IMG/VR virus record: IMGVR_UViG_3300031977_001585
Coordinates: 14,535-78,534 of that record
DNA from: a virus
DNA length: 64,000 bases
Reading direction: 5' to 3' (one strand)
A model generated the notes under the pieces. The model was given only the letters and a program-made list of their open reading frames with translations. It was not told where the DNA came from and did not search any database. Every line of letters starts with the position of its first letter. The stretch's first letter is position 1. Positions 54,721 through 64,000 of the stretch are shown piece by piece. The position numbers were made by a program, and so were the translations under genes.

Positions 54721-54857
54721 TCGTCGTCTGACTCTTCTGCTTCGACATCTGCACCGCACATAGGACAGTGCCTAGGCACCTCATCCTCATACGGGACACG
54801 AACAACACTCGTGATGTCGCAGATAGGACATTCAATTGTGTATTCAGTATCCATCAT
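54717..54857 (-). CDS. Small zinc-ribbon protein (46 aa)
   Basis: MMDTEYTIECPICD...CPMCG..; GAGGT SD. Confidence 0.7.
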   Translation of the reverse strand: MMDTEYTIECPICDITSVVRVPYEDEVPRHCPMCGADVEAEESDDE

Positions 54858-55828
54858 GCTACCTCTAGTTCTATATCCTCCCAGCCGAAATCGTCACCTT
54901 CCATACCTACGACTGAGTATTCGGTCACACGTTTCTCAAAGAAGTTGTCGTGTGATGCTCCATTTAGTACCCAATCCAACCAAGGGAGTGGGTTGTCCTT
55001 TTGCTTAAATTTTGGTTTTAGTCCCAACTGAAGTAGCCGACGATCGGCAATGTGTCGGATGTAATCCCTAACCTCTTGCTTGGTGATCCCCTGTACTTCG
55101 TTGCCGTCAAACGCAAGATCAATAAACTTGTCCTCTAGTTTGACTGCATTTCTTGCCATTTTATATATCTTCGACTTAAGTTCGTCGTTCACGATGCGAG
55201 GATGTTCCTCACAGAACTCACGGAACAACTTTGCATTACCTTGTACGTGGATGGTCTCATCACGAATAGACCACTCAACGATTGTTGCCATACCCTTCAT
55301 CTTGCCGAACCTCTGGAAGTTCAGTAGCATGACAAACGATGCGAAGACAGACATGCCTTCGTTAAACACCGACTGTGCCAATGCAAGTGCCAGTCCAGTG
55401 TGAGAGTTCGTGTCACCCTCTTTCATAAAATCAATCTTGTCTGCCATTTCCTTATACTCTAGGAACTTGTGAAAGTCTTCGTCTGGCAGACCAAGTGTAT
55501 CATTGAGAAGTGCGTACGCACGTTGGTGTACTGCTTCTCGTGCCGCAAACGATGACAACATGTTGCGGACTTCATTGTTCTTGAACTTTGGTATCAACAG
55601 TTCGTGGTAGTTCTCCCCTACCTGTACGTCCGACTGCGTGAATAGTCGTAGTACATGAGTAATAAACTCTTTTTCAGACACTGTCAGTTTGGTCTTCCAA
55701 TCCTGTACGTCTTCTGATAGTTCTGCTTCGTCCTCAATCCAGTGGATTTCCTCGTGTTTCTTTGATAGTTCTACCGCCCAAGGATACTTGAACGGTTTAT
55801 AGGTTTCCGATGTTTTTAGTAATGACAT
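54854..55828 (-). CDS. nrdB: Class Ia ribonucleotide reductase beta subunit
   Basis: YKPFKYPWA, FTQSD..V, REAVH..AY, EG..F.SF, DET.H, NFFE.R.TEY. Confidence 0.97.
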   Translation of the reverse strand: MSLLKTSETYKPFKYPWAVELSKKHEEIHWIEDEAELSEDVQDWKTKLTVSEKEFITHVLRLFTQSDVQVGENYHELLIPKFKNNEVRNMLSSFAAREAVHQRAYALLNDTLGLPDEDFHKFLEYKEMADKIDFMKEGDTNSHTGLALALAQSVFNEGMSVFASFVMLLNFQRFGKMKGMATIVEWSIRDETIHVQGNAKLFREFCEEHPRIVNDELKSKIYKMARNAVKLEDKFIDLAFDGNEVQGITKQEVRDYIRHIADRRLLQLGLKPKFKQKDNPLPWLDWVLNGASHDNFFEKRVTEYSVVGMEGDDFGWEDIELEVA

Positions 55829-55853
55829 ACTAATCCTTTATTTGAATTGTTTA

Positions 55854-57851
55854 TTAACCCTCGCAGGCCCGACATTCGTCGCCACCGTCACTTGGTTCGT
55901 ACTCCACTTCACCTTTTAGATGCATCATAAGATCTTCATAACCACCTATGTACTTGCCTTCCAGATAAATTTGAGGAACTGTCTTGACTTTCCGTCCGGT
56001 GACCTCTGCAGCCGACTTTCCAATCTCTTCAAGGTCGACGTAGTCATATTCGATGCCCCTTAAAGACAGTTCCTCTGCGGACATCTTACAATACGGACAA
56101 TCTTTCTTGCCGTAGAGTATGGTTCGGTTGTCGTCTTCTAACGCAACCCTTTCTACCTTATCCGAAACAGTCTCTGCCCTTGACTTTGCTTCGGTACGTA
56201 GATAGTACAATCCCTTTAGACCCAATCTCCATGCGTTGAAGTGTACCTTGTTCACATATCGTTTTGGTGTCCCTGCAGGGAAGAACAGGTTAACCGACTG
56301 ACCCTGACAGATATACTGCTGTCGGTCTGCGGCATGAGTGACCACCCAGTTCTGATCTAACTCTTGGGCAGTCTTAAATATTGCCTTCTCACCCTCGTTA
56401 AGGAACGGTAGGTGTTGAACCGATCCTTTCCGTGTAATGATGCTAGACCACGTAGATTCGTTATTGTACCCCTTTTCCTCTAACAACTTGGAGAGGTACG
56501 GGTTCTTAACTAAAAACGAACCAGCACGTGTTCTGTGCGTGTATGCGCATGCTTTGAGAGGTTCGATCGACGGTGATGTCGAAAGGATCACTCCGGATGA
56601 GGCATTCGGTGCGATAGCAAGTAAGTGTGCGTTTCGAGTGCCCCAGCCTTCTCCATCGGGATACTCACCCCGTTCTTCTGCCAGAGTTCTTGATTCTGCT
56701 TTTGCCTGTTCACTAATGTGTTCAAAAACGACTCGGTTAATTTCCCTTGCCTTATCTGACTCCCAAGCAACACCGTGTTTTTGTAGGAGTGAGTGGAATC
56801 CCATTGCTCCCAGTCCAATACTGCGTTCTCTCTCTGCCGAATAACGGGCCCTTGAAATACTATCGGGCGCATGGTCGATGAAGTATTGGAGAACGTTATC
56901 CAACATACGAACAAGATCACGCACGATATTAGTGTCTTTCCATTCGTCATAATATTCTAAGTTTAGTGATGACAAGCAACACACTGCAGTCCTCTCTGCA
57001 GAAGTAGGTAGGTGGATCTCATTACACAGATTAGATCCGTGTATCTTTAGTCCCTTCTCTTTTAATGGCATAGGAAGGGATCGGTTGGCAGTGTCGATAA
57101 AGTTCAGGTATGGTTCACCTGTACGGAAACGGATCTCAAGGATGCGTTCCCATAGTTTACGTGCATTCACAGTATCCTTTACCGCACCATCCTTTGGGTC
57201 ACGCAAATCAAAGTCCGTGTTGTTCAAGACTGCCGCCATGAACTCATCGGTGAGGTTGATTGCGTTGTGTATGTTTAGTGCCTTACGTTGCACGTCACCC
57301 GTAGGAATACGGATGTTAATAAACTCGATAATGTCCGGATGTGAAATGTCCAGATATGCCGCATACGATCCCTTACGGGTTCGTCCCTGTCTGTATGCAA
57401 TCATGTCTGCATCGACCGTGTGCAGGAAAGGAATCGGTCCTGGTGCTATGTCTGAGACGGTACGCACATCACGCCAGTGTCCACCGACACCACCACCCAT
57501 GACAGACAACCAACGTAACTCAGAAGAGTGTTCGATCAACCCTTCGAGTGTATCTGGTACGTATGTAAGGAAGCACGAGATCGGAAGACCCTTTCCTTTG
57601 GTCTCCCCGTCACGTGGTGCATTGGATAATACAGGAGATGCATACATGAACCATTTCTTACTCACGTACTCGTAGAGACGTTGTGCAAGACCTTTATCAA
57701 GTTCCCCTTCGTAGTGTGCCCATGCCTTAGATGCTCTGGCATATGCTTCCTGTGGAGAAGTCTCCCCCTCCATCATATAGAAATCTTTCAGCATACCCAC
57801 GGCATAGTCGGTCAGCAGATCATCCCGCGAGTATTGTATATCAAGTTTCAT
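55854..57851 (-). CDS. nrdA: Class Ia ribonucleotide reductase alpha subunit with internal glutaredoxin domain
   Basis: SPVLSN, ISCF, SNLCNEI, IAPNASS, CQGQSVN, KGLYY; then CPYC...TVPQI...YIGGY (Grx) before the terminal CRACEG. Confidence 0.97.
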   Translation of the reverse strand: MKLDIQYSRDDLLTDYAVGMLKDFYMMEGETSPQEAYARASKAWAHYEGELDKGLAQRLYEYVSKKWFMYASPVLSNAPRDGETKGKGLPISCFLTYVPDTLEGLIEHSSELRWLSVMGGGVGGHWRDVRTVSDIAPGPIPFLHTVDADMIAYRQGRTRKGSYAAYLDISHPDIIEFINIRIPTGDVQRKALNIHNAINLTDEFMAAVLNNTDFDLRDPKDGAVKDTVNARKLWERILEIRFRTGEPYLNFIDTANRSLPMPLKEKGLKIHGSNLCNEIHLPTSAERTAVCCLSSLNLEYYDEWKDTNIVRDLVRMLDNVLQYFIDHAPDSISRARYSAERERSIGLGAMGFHSLLQKHGVAWESDKAREINRVVFEHISEQAKAESRTLAEERGEYPDGEGWGTRNAHLLAIAPNASSGVILSTSPSIEPLKACAYTHRTRAGSFLVKNPYLSKLLEEKGYNNESTWSSIITRKGSVQHLPFLNEGEKAIFKTAQELDQNWVVTHAADRQQYICQGQSVNLFFPAGTPKRYVNKVHFNAWRLGLKGLYYLRTEAKSRAETVSDKVERVALEDDNRTILYGKKDCPYCKMSAEELSLRGIEYDYVDLEEIGKSAAEVTGRKVKTVPQIYLEGKYIGGYEDLMMHLKGEVEYEPSDGGDECRACEG

Positions 57852-57863
57852 AAAATATCCGTC

Positions 57864-58199
57864 TTATTTCGAGTAGTCGTAGAAAGGTTCGTCCCTTTGA
57901 TACTCGTAATTTTCAATCAGCATTTGTTTTCCTGTTTCCCAGAATTTCTTACAACACTCTGCTATGTATTTTTCCTGATCCTCGGCGTCAAAACGTCCCT
58001 CCCACATGAGATGGTTCTCAAAGGAGTCTTTGAAGTTTCGGACTAGGAATCGATCTGAGGATAGTTCTGACCCGTTGTATCCTTGCAAGGGGACATAGAT
58101 CAAGTTGTCTTCGTTGTAAGACTGTAGGATTAGATCTGGGTCTTCATTATTTGTTTCAAGAATGACTATCTTGTAGTCATTGAAATCTATAATCTTCAT
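57864..58199 (-). CDS. Hypothetical protein
   Basis: GAGGA SD; upstream of nrdA. Confidence 0.6.
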   Translation of the reverse strand: MKIIDFNDYKIVILETNNEDPDLILQSYNEDNLIYVPLQGYNGSELSSDRFLVRNFKDSFENHLMWEGRFDAEDQEKYIAECCKKFWETGKQMLIENYEYQRDEPFYDYSK

Positions 58200-58262
58200 C
58201 GGGTTTCCTCAAATTTCAATGTAGAATTATATAGTAATTTGAGGACTTTGTAAAGAGGGATT

Positions 58263-58430
58263 TTAAGGTTTTTTTGGAAGCAATCGTCTTAAAATTTCGA
58301 CATTATCTTTACGTTTGTTCTTACGGTCACCCTTCTTACGAATGATGACTGTGTTCTGAACACCAGTGCTACTAACGTTGTTGGTGATTTCTTCTTCGAA
58401 CTGCTTCAAAAATTCTTTATACGTCTTCAT
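58263..58430 (-). CDS. Small basic protein with capsid-targeting-like N-terminus (55 aa)
   Basis: MKTYKEFLKQFEEE..., resembling the T4 internal-protein CTS MKTYQEFIAE. Confidence 0.65.
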   Translation of the reverse strand: MKTYKEFLKQFEEEITNNVSSTGVQNTVIIRKKGDRKNKRKDNVEILRRLLPKKP

Positions 58431-59020
58431 CTGCGTATCTCGTTTGCTGTAAACAGCACTCTCTTGCCTGACAACATGTGGGTGCCTTCATAGACAGAGA
58501 TGCCCAAGATGTTGTGTACAAAATTATTTTCATGAATTCTGACTTTATCGTCTTTTTTGACTATAACGTCGGTGGTATCGGAGATGGTATCGTTTGCCAT
58601 GCGATAGACACCCTGACCTAAGTGACCACTCTCCAGCACATACCACTTGGAATCTTCAAGTAGTACATCGAGCAAATCGATACCTGTTTCTGCATGGATC
58701 TTCTCTAGGTTACGATCGGACAAGTTGCCATGCTCTTTGATCAGTGCAAGTGCGGCCCCGTAACGTGCGACGACCGAAGATCCCCCTGGTGCCTTTGCCA
58801 TGATTCTCTTTAGGTTGTACACCAGACGGTGAAACGACGTGTAGTGTTCACGATAGTTCTCACGATCGTCCATCGAGTCTGTAGTGAAATCCTTCCTCTT
58901 CTTACCTTCCTTGTCGATGATACCTGCCTTGTATGCAGGTGTATCCTCGAACGGAGTCACGAGTAGTTTCAAGAATCGAATTGTATAGACGACATCTGCC
59001 GCAGACTTCAGGATTCCCAT
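58427..59020 (-). CDS. Conserved T4-like hypothetical protein
   Basis: D.VYT.RFLKLLVTPF..T.AYK.GIID..GK, YT.FHRLV.NLK. Confidence 0.75.
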   Translation of the reverse strand: MGILKSAADVVYTIRFLKLLVTPFEDTPAYKAGIIDKEGKKRKDFTTDSMDDRENYREHYTSFHRLVYNLKRIMAKAPGGSSVVARYGAALALIKEHGNLSDRNLEKIHAETGIDLLDVLLEDSKWYVLESGHLGQGVYRMANDTISDTTDVIVKKDDKVRIHENNFVHNILGISVYEGTHMLSGKRVLFTANEIRR

Positions 59021-59376
59021 CGAAGTTCTCTCAATTTGCTTATAACGTATTTATCCATTTTCACACCTGTAATCTCATCATTCTTGATCGCACGGAGAAA
59101 TACGAGGAATGGCTTGATTGTTGACCACTGTTCGAGTGGGATCTTGTATGCCAACATCTCCACCCCTGCTTCATGACCAAACACATTAAAGAACACGATC
59201 AAGTGATTGAGGATCAGTCTCTCTGATAGTTCACCTGTTTGATGATATCTGTTGACCAACCTCTTGATGTACTTGAGTCTTTTCAGGTCGTCGAAGAATT
59301 CATCCCCGTCGATACAAGATGGGTTGTAATAGTTCTTTGCCGCATAGACTACAATGTTCTTACTATTTAACTTCAT
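59008..59376 (-). CDS. Conserved T4-like hypothetical protein
   Basis: YA.K.Y.NP.C....EF..DLKR.KYIKRL, RLILNHLI.F.NVFG. Confidence 0.75.
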   Translation of the reverse strand: MKLNSKNIVVYAAKNYYNPSCIDGDEFFDDLKRLKYIKRLVNRYHQTGELSERLILNHLIVFFNVFGHEAGVEMLAYKIPLEQWSTIKPFLVFLRAIKNDEITGVKMDKYVISKLRELRWES

Positions 59377-60316
59377 AATATGGATCGTGAAACTCTCTTA
59401 GTTTATACCCTAATGGGAACATATCCATGCTATTTAGTTTGATTACAAGAGGTTCGATCCAAGACAGATCCAACACACCGTTGCGAGTCACACTGTCTAC
59501 GTCTTGCATGTACAGATAGGAGTAGCATGGATTTTCGTTCCTTACTCTCATATCTATCTTACCTTCATAGGACAGTTTCTTCAGTTCGTAGTATTGTAGT
59601 ACATCCTCTCCGATCATCATATCCTTATCGTAGTGCATCATCTCTGCGGATTTCTTAGAGAAGAACACCAGACGATTCAAGGAATTCATTTTGTCACCGT
59701 AGCTGACCGCATACTCTTCTGAGATTTTTCGGGCAGTCAACCATGCTCTAGCAGTCTCTCGACGGATTCCGTCTCCCACCATGCGATCAATTTCATTTTC
59801 ACTAACTTTGGGAGTATACCTGTGCGGACCCCTTTCTGTCAAGGAGTGAGTGTGGTGAGCATTGTTCTTAGGAGAGATGTAGAAGTGCTTTCTTTTGACG
59901 GTGAGGGAGTCTACCTGATTTCGAAACAAGTCAAAGAAGTCTTCTTGAGGAGTTTGTACTGCCAGTTGATTTGCTAGACATATCACGTCCGGTGTTTCAC
60001 CTATACCATATGCTACTGTCCTGTATAGGTTTCTACCGTACGGTGTTATGATGTCGTCACCGTCTACGTGTACCATATAGTCGTAGTCACTGGCAAGGAA
60101 GAGTTTCAAAACGGAATTCTTTCCGGTGGACGGAGTACCATCGGAATCAGTGACGTAGTGTTCTATGTTGTTACGCGAACAAAACTCCGCAACCTCATCG
60201 ACGTACTCTTTGTTGAGTGAGTTGATGACGACTACGGTCTCGTTTGTTTTTAAGAACGTGAATTGACGTTCCAGTGACCACAGAGGGCCACTGGTGAGAA
60301 TGTAGTACCGAAACAT
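59363..60316 (-). CDS. GT2-like glycosyltransferase
   Basis: SDGTP..GKN..L..F, YDY...VDGDD, IGED. Confidence 0.65.
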   Translation of the reverse strand: MFRYYILTSGPLWSLERQFTFLKTNETVVVINSLNKEYVDEVAEFCSRNNIEHYVTDSDGTPSTGKNSVLKLFLASDYDYMVHVDGDDIITPYGRNLYRTVAYGIGETPDVICLANQLAVQTPQEDFFDLFRNQVDSLTVKRKHFYISPKNNAHHTHSLTERGPHRYTPKVSENEIDRMVGDGIRRETARAWLTARKISEEYAVSYGDKMNSLNRLVFFSKKSAEMMHYDKDMMIGEDVLQYYELKKLSYEGKIDMRVRNENPCYSYLYMQDVDSVTRNGVLDLSWIEPLVIKLNSMDMFPLGYKLREFHDPYYEVK

Positions 60317-60331
60317 ACCTAGTTGGTATTA

Positions 60332-61387
60332 TTACTGACCTTTGTTCGGTTCTTTTGCTTTCTTCTGTGACTTACCACCTGCAGCAAAAGTCTTCTTGAT
60401 TGCGTCTTCTACGTTGTCTTCGATCTTCTTGTCAGACTTCTTGTGTTGCGCAATGACTTTCTTGTCGTGCTCAGATGAGTGATCGTCGTACTTCTCTGGA
60501 GCAAGTGCACCTTTCTTAGGATCAATAGCCTCTTCGATAGCAGACCACATCTCTAGGAATGATTGAGTTAGATCTACCTCGACGGATTCACGTTTGTACC
60601 AGTTCTCTTTACCACGGTAAGTGTCACCTGGTTCATGTCGATCCGTTCCACCAACTGCACGACCGTTCTGATTTTGGAAACTCACAGAATATCCTGCTTT
60701 GTACTTTGCGAAGAATTGGTCCTTGCCCATCTTACCACCCTTGTCACGATATCTTTTATAAGCATCGGTAGCAGACTTATCGTCGGCATCTCGGGACTTG
60801 AATTTCTTTGCCTGTGCATCTTTCTTATTTGCAATGTCTTGATTCTTCTTGAATCCCTTAGACTTCAATGCGTCTGAATGAGACATGCCTTTTGCTTTAT
60901 TTCTGTCGTATGCTTTATCCGCACGATCAACTGCTTGGTCTGCTTTCGCATCTGCCGCAGCTGCCGCACGACGAATAAGACCAGTAGATAGTTCATCTAC
61001 TTGCTTGGATTCTTTGGCAGGTTTCTTAGCATATTCGTTTGCAGGTTTCTTGCCACCGTCGATCGCATCGTCGGTTGCTTTACGTTTCTTGTGTAGATAT
61101 TCGTCAGAAGAATCTACATCACCATCGTTGTCGATGTCCTTGTCCTTACGATCCTTGAACTTCTTGTCGTTCTCTGCATCGTCTACTGGGTCAAGTTTCT
61201 TTTCTGCTACATCGTGGTAACCTTTGTCATCGCAGTGATCACAACCTTTACCTTCGCACTTAGGACATTCTTCCTGTCCTTCTTTGTACGACTTCTTACC
61301 TGTACCACAAGATGATTCATCTAGTTCGGCACGGTCGGAGACCATTCCCAAATATGCCTCCATAATTTTATTAATATCTGACATCAT
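60332..61387 (-). CDS. Putative prohead core/internal head protein
   Basis: Highly charged; ELDES/VDE/IEE sites, CPKC.G.GC.HC finger, DKDIDNDGDVDSSDEYL..R motif. Confidence 0.55.
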   Translation of the reverse strand: MMSDINKIMEAYLGMVSDRAELDESSCGTGKKSYKEGQEECPKCEGKGCDHCDDKGYHDVAEKKLDPVDDAENDKKFKDRKDKDIDNDGDVDSSDEYLHKKRKATDDAIDGGKKPANEYAKKPAKESKQVDELSTGLIRRAAAAADAKADQAVDRADKAYDRNKAKGMSHSDALKSKGFKKNQDIANKKDAQAKKFKSRDADDKSATDAYKRYRDKGGKMGKDQFFAKYKAGYSVSFQNQNGRAVGGTDRHEPGDTYRGKENWYKRESVEVDLTQSFLEMWSAIEEAIDPKKGALAPEKYDDHSSEHDKKVIAQHKKSDKKIEDNVEDAIKKTFAAGGKSQKKAKEPNKGQ

Positions 61388-61401
61388 AGTCTCCGTTAAT
61401 A

Positions 61402-61710
61402 TTATGCGTCAAAAAACATTTTGACGACTACACCAGCAAAGATTGTTGCGGTTAGAGTAATGATATACTGCATCACCTTAACAGTCTTGCCCTGTTCATT
61501 CACACTATCTTCGATGTCGTCCATTCTCTGAGAGAATCGGTTCATACGTTCAAAGTGTTGTGCGTTTGCCTTTTCTATGTTAATCAACTTCTCCTCTGCA
61601 CGAGCTAGGTTGATCATTGCATCGGAAAGTTTGTCAATTTTATCCTCGATTCTTGCGAGGCGTTGTTCTTCACGTTGCACATGCTCATGTAGAATATCTT
61701 TGTCTGCCAT
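61402..61710 (-). CDS. Coiled-coil protein with C-terminal TM (XhlA-like topology)
   Basis: RL.RIE.KIDKL..A...LAR.EEK and a hydrophobic C-terminus; alternative start at 61749. Confidence 0.65.
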   Translation of the reverse strand: MADKDILHEHVQREEQRLARIEDKIDKLSDAMINLARAEEKLINIEKANAQHFERMNRFSQRMDDIEDSVNEQGKTVKVMQYIITLTATIFAGVVVKMFFDA

Positions 61711-61794
61711 TTCGATCAGTCCATTAGATGTGTTGATTATATAAGTCATCTATATGATCTAAAAGGATCCTTGTTTTGACTTACGGGTTGCTTC

Positions 61795-61802
61795 TATTTA
61801 TA
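61795..61802 (-). promoter_or_regulatory. T4-type late promoter
   Basis: Exact TATAAATA. Confidence 0.7.
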
Positions 61803-61829
61803 ACGAATCAATTGTCTATTTTGGATCGA

Positions 61830-62147
61830 TTACCATGCCCTACACGACCAGTACCGTGCTTTCCACTTCGGACCAGGGTTATCACAGTTGTGACGTGCCC
61901 TGAAACTTTTTCTACGAGCAGGGTTGTCTTTCTTGATCTCCATGTTCGGATCACCGAACGAGACCTTGACGACATTGCCCTTATCGTTTGTTGTATATAC
62001 ATAGAACTTCTTAGAACCACCACGTACAGGTTTGTTCAGAGTAACCTTCTTACCTTGATACTCTGCTTCGGTCAGTTCTAACTCTTCGTCGAGTGACGCA
62101 CAATCGTCACAGCAACGTTCTTCTATGTACTGCTTAAACCTTTTCAT
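61830..62147 (-). CDS. Conserved basic head-associated protein
   Basis: MKRFKQYIEE; EAEYQGKKV.LNKP, KV.FGD, RRKSFRARH.C, ARYWSC. Confidence 0.75.
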   Translation of the reverse strand: MKRFKQYIEERCCDDCASLDEELELTEAEYQGKKVTLNKPVRGGSKKFYVYTTNDKGNVVKVSFGDPNMEIKKDNPARRKSFRARHNCDNPGPKWKARYWSCRAW

Positions 62148-63178
62148 GATTCCTTCTTGAAACTCGTCATCGTTGCACCCATATCACCAAGTGCAAGTGT
62201 CGCATCCTTACCACTGCGACTATACAGGAAGAACTTCATGCCACCTGGCTTGCCCTTCAACTGCATTGATACTTTGTCGACATTATACTTAGCACTGCGT
62301 GATTTACCTTTCACGACGAAGGTGTTGGTTGTGCCCTTGCGGATTGATGAGTCATAGGTGATCGTAACTTCGTCACCCTTCTTCAATTTGTCAAACTCAG
62401 CACGAGGTACTGTGACTGCCTCAGTCAGATCGACTGATTCTTCGACCGATTCGTTATACTTGCCCTTGCCTAGACGTGCAAGGATCTTTTTTGCCTTAGC
62501 ACGATCGTGGAAAGTGTACTGACGGTTCTTGCCGTCCTTCTCATCCTTGACAATGTAACCTTTTGGTGTTACCTTTGTAATCTTTCCCATTCTCTTGGTG
62601 CCAGAACCATCATAGTAGTCTAACTCAAGACCGACACGTGCCTCACCTTTGGATTCTGTTCCCATACCAGCACGTGCAAGAGTGCGGTAGTTCTCATTGA
62701 TGTCGGTAGACTCAACAACGGTTAGGTCTGATTTATTGCAAGACATAGTCTTACCGTCTACAGCAATAATGTAATCACCCTTACCTGCTGCACGAACGGT
62801 GCCGACTTTACCGTCAGATGTCTTAACCTTCTGTCCAATCTTGAGATGATCTTCGGTTAGACTCTCTCTCAAATTAAAAAAATCTTTCACTTCGACCGAT
62901 TCATTTGCTTGTTGAAGTGCCGCTCGTACTGCCTTGTGTTTAGACAGACCTTTCTTCATTTTCTCAATCTCGCGAACAGCACCTGTCATATTACCACCCA
63001 TTTTTTCGGCAGTCTTAATTGCTTTGATAAGCAGATTTCGGTTAGCAAGCTTGTTGTGAATTTCCATATCAGAAAGCTTTGCTTCGTCAACTTCGACCGA
63101 CTCTTTTACAGGTTTGCCGTCTTTCTTTCCATACCGCTTACTGATTGCGGATTCTCTTAATTCAAAAAAATCTTTCAC
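62144..63178 (-). CDS. Multi-domain putative internal head protein
   Basis: GTG start with GAGGA SD (MKDFFELRES); basic domains separated by ESVE/DINE/DLTE linkers. Confidence 0.6.
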   Translation of the reverse strand: MKDFFELRESAISKRYGKKDGKPVKESVEVDEAKLSDMEIHNKLANRNLLIKAIKTAEKMGGNMTGAVREIEKMKKGLSKHKAVRAALQQANESVEVKDFFNLRESLTEDHLKIGQKVKTSDGKVGTVRAAGKGDYIIAVDGKTMSCNKSDLTVVESTDINENYRTLARAGMGTESKGEARVGLELDYYDGSGTKRMGKITKVTPKGYIVKDEKDGKNRQYTFHDRAKAKKILARLGKGKYNESVEESVDLTEAVTVPRAEFDKLKKGDEVTITYDSSIRKGTTNTFVVKGKSRSAKYNVDKVSMQLKGKPGGMKFFLYSRSGKDATLALGDMGATMTSFKKES

Positions 63179-63179
63179 T

Positions 63180-63368
63180 TTAACTTCCTCTTGATGCTCC
63201 TCGAAATACCTTCGTTCCCGCAACTGGATTGACTGATTTGGTGTTACTACCCTTATTATTTAGTGGGTTGAAATTCAGTCCCCCGTAGTTATTGTCGGAT
63301 GTCTGCTGTAGTCTTTGTTTCTTTGCGGCAGACATTTTCTTGTTACGTGGTTTCTTCGATCTGCTCAT
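63180..63368 (-). CDS. Small basic protein
   Basis: MSRSKKPRNKKMSAAKK...; AGGA SD. Confidence 0.55.
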   Translation of the reverse strand: MSRSKKPRNKKMSAAKKQRLQQTSDNNYGGLNFNPLNNKGSNTKSVNPVAGTKVFRGASRGS

Positions 63369-63375
63369 AACTGTC

Positions 63376-64000
63376 CTATGTGATGTACGTGTTGAGTTCG
63401 TACTTGCCACCACCCATACCATACACTTGGACAGCAAGCATCTTCTTAGGATTGTCCTTGAGTTTCAACGTGAAACTGTTAGTACGACCCTCACTTGGTT
63501 TCTTTGGTCCGGACGCAACCTTCGAATCGATGTCGTCCGGATCTACTGTGTAACCTTTTTTCTTTGCCCATGCGTATGCGTGTTGTAACGCACCTGAGTA
63601 GGACTTGTGGTAAAGGTCATAACCTGAACCTGATTTGGAACCCATCTTTGGTGGTTCCTGTTTCTTTGGTGTTGCCTTGCGTTGACCACGGTAGTATGCT
63701 TCGTCTACCGACTCAAGTGACATCACCTGATTTGCTTTCTTAGCAATTGCTATCGCTGCCTGTTGTGCAGGATTCTTTGCCTCATCCACCTCTGCCTGAA
63801 TATAGAACTTTTTAAGGTCACGATTTAGTGCAGGTAGCATTGCCTTCTTCAGGAGATTAAATCCCTCTCCTTTGTCGGTGGTGAATGCGTGTTTGATAAC
63901 ACCTTTTTTGATATATGCGTCAAGTATTTTATTTACATCATCTTCTTTTTTACCAAGGTGGTCCATGCGAACATGGACCTCCGTTGATTCAACTGCATAT
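63376..64000 (-). CDS. Putative internal head protein (5' end probably outside the window)
   Basis: EAKNPAQQAAIAIAKK, VDEA linkers, QVYGM..GKYELN.YI. Confidence 0.6.
   Translation of the reverse strand, partial: YAVESTEVHVRMDHLGKKEDDVNKILDAYIKKGVIKHAFTTDKGEGFNLLKKAMLPALNRDLKKFYIQAEVDEAKNPAQQAAIAIAKKANQVMSLESVDEAYYRGQRKATPKKQEPPKMGSKSGSGYDLYHKSYSGALQHAYAWAKKKGYTVDPDDIDSKVASGPKKPSEGRTNSFTLKLKDNPKKMLAVQVYGMGGGKYELNTYIT

Noticed and set aside
1-64000. Stop-codon reassignment
   Set aside because: Core genes are full length under the standard code, and all three stop codons terminate genes.

Overview
The window is a 64-kb segment of a T4-like myophage genome, judged from gene content, probably infecting a proteobacterium. 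It has no host chromosomal genes, rRNA, tRNA or CRISPR array. (i) 1-25 kb is the tail/baseplate module: a DUF4815-type virion protein, gp8, a five-gene adhesin block, gp7, gp6, gp25, gp5, a gp27-like hub, gp53, gp48, then divergently gp4, gp2, gp54, gp26, gp51 and a tape-measure-like gene. (ii) 25-35 kb holds gp32, gp33 and an early region of small ORFs behind repeated sigma70-type promoters. (iii) 36-48 kb is a glycan/modification enzyme cluster (glycosyltransferases, sulfotransferase-like, radical SAM/SPASM, carbamoyltransferase, FkbM methyltransferase) mixed with lysis-type genes. (iv) 49-53 kb is a second early region. (v) 53-58 kb covers nucleotide metabolism: nrdA with an internal glutaredoxin, nrdB, apt and an MTA/SAH nucleosidase. 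(vi) 58-64 kb encodes putative internal head proteins. The most notable observations are a promoter-proximal three-module structured non-coding RNA at about 29.23-29.40 kb, a predicted -1 frameshift fusing gp26 and gp51 upstream of the tape measure gene, a partly late-promoter-driven glycan tailoring cluster, an adenine salvage pair (MTAN + APRT), and an RBS-sequestering hairpin containing a late promoter. All calls come from motif recognition by eye; no database searches were run.
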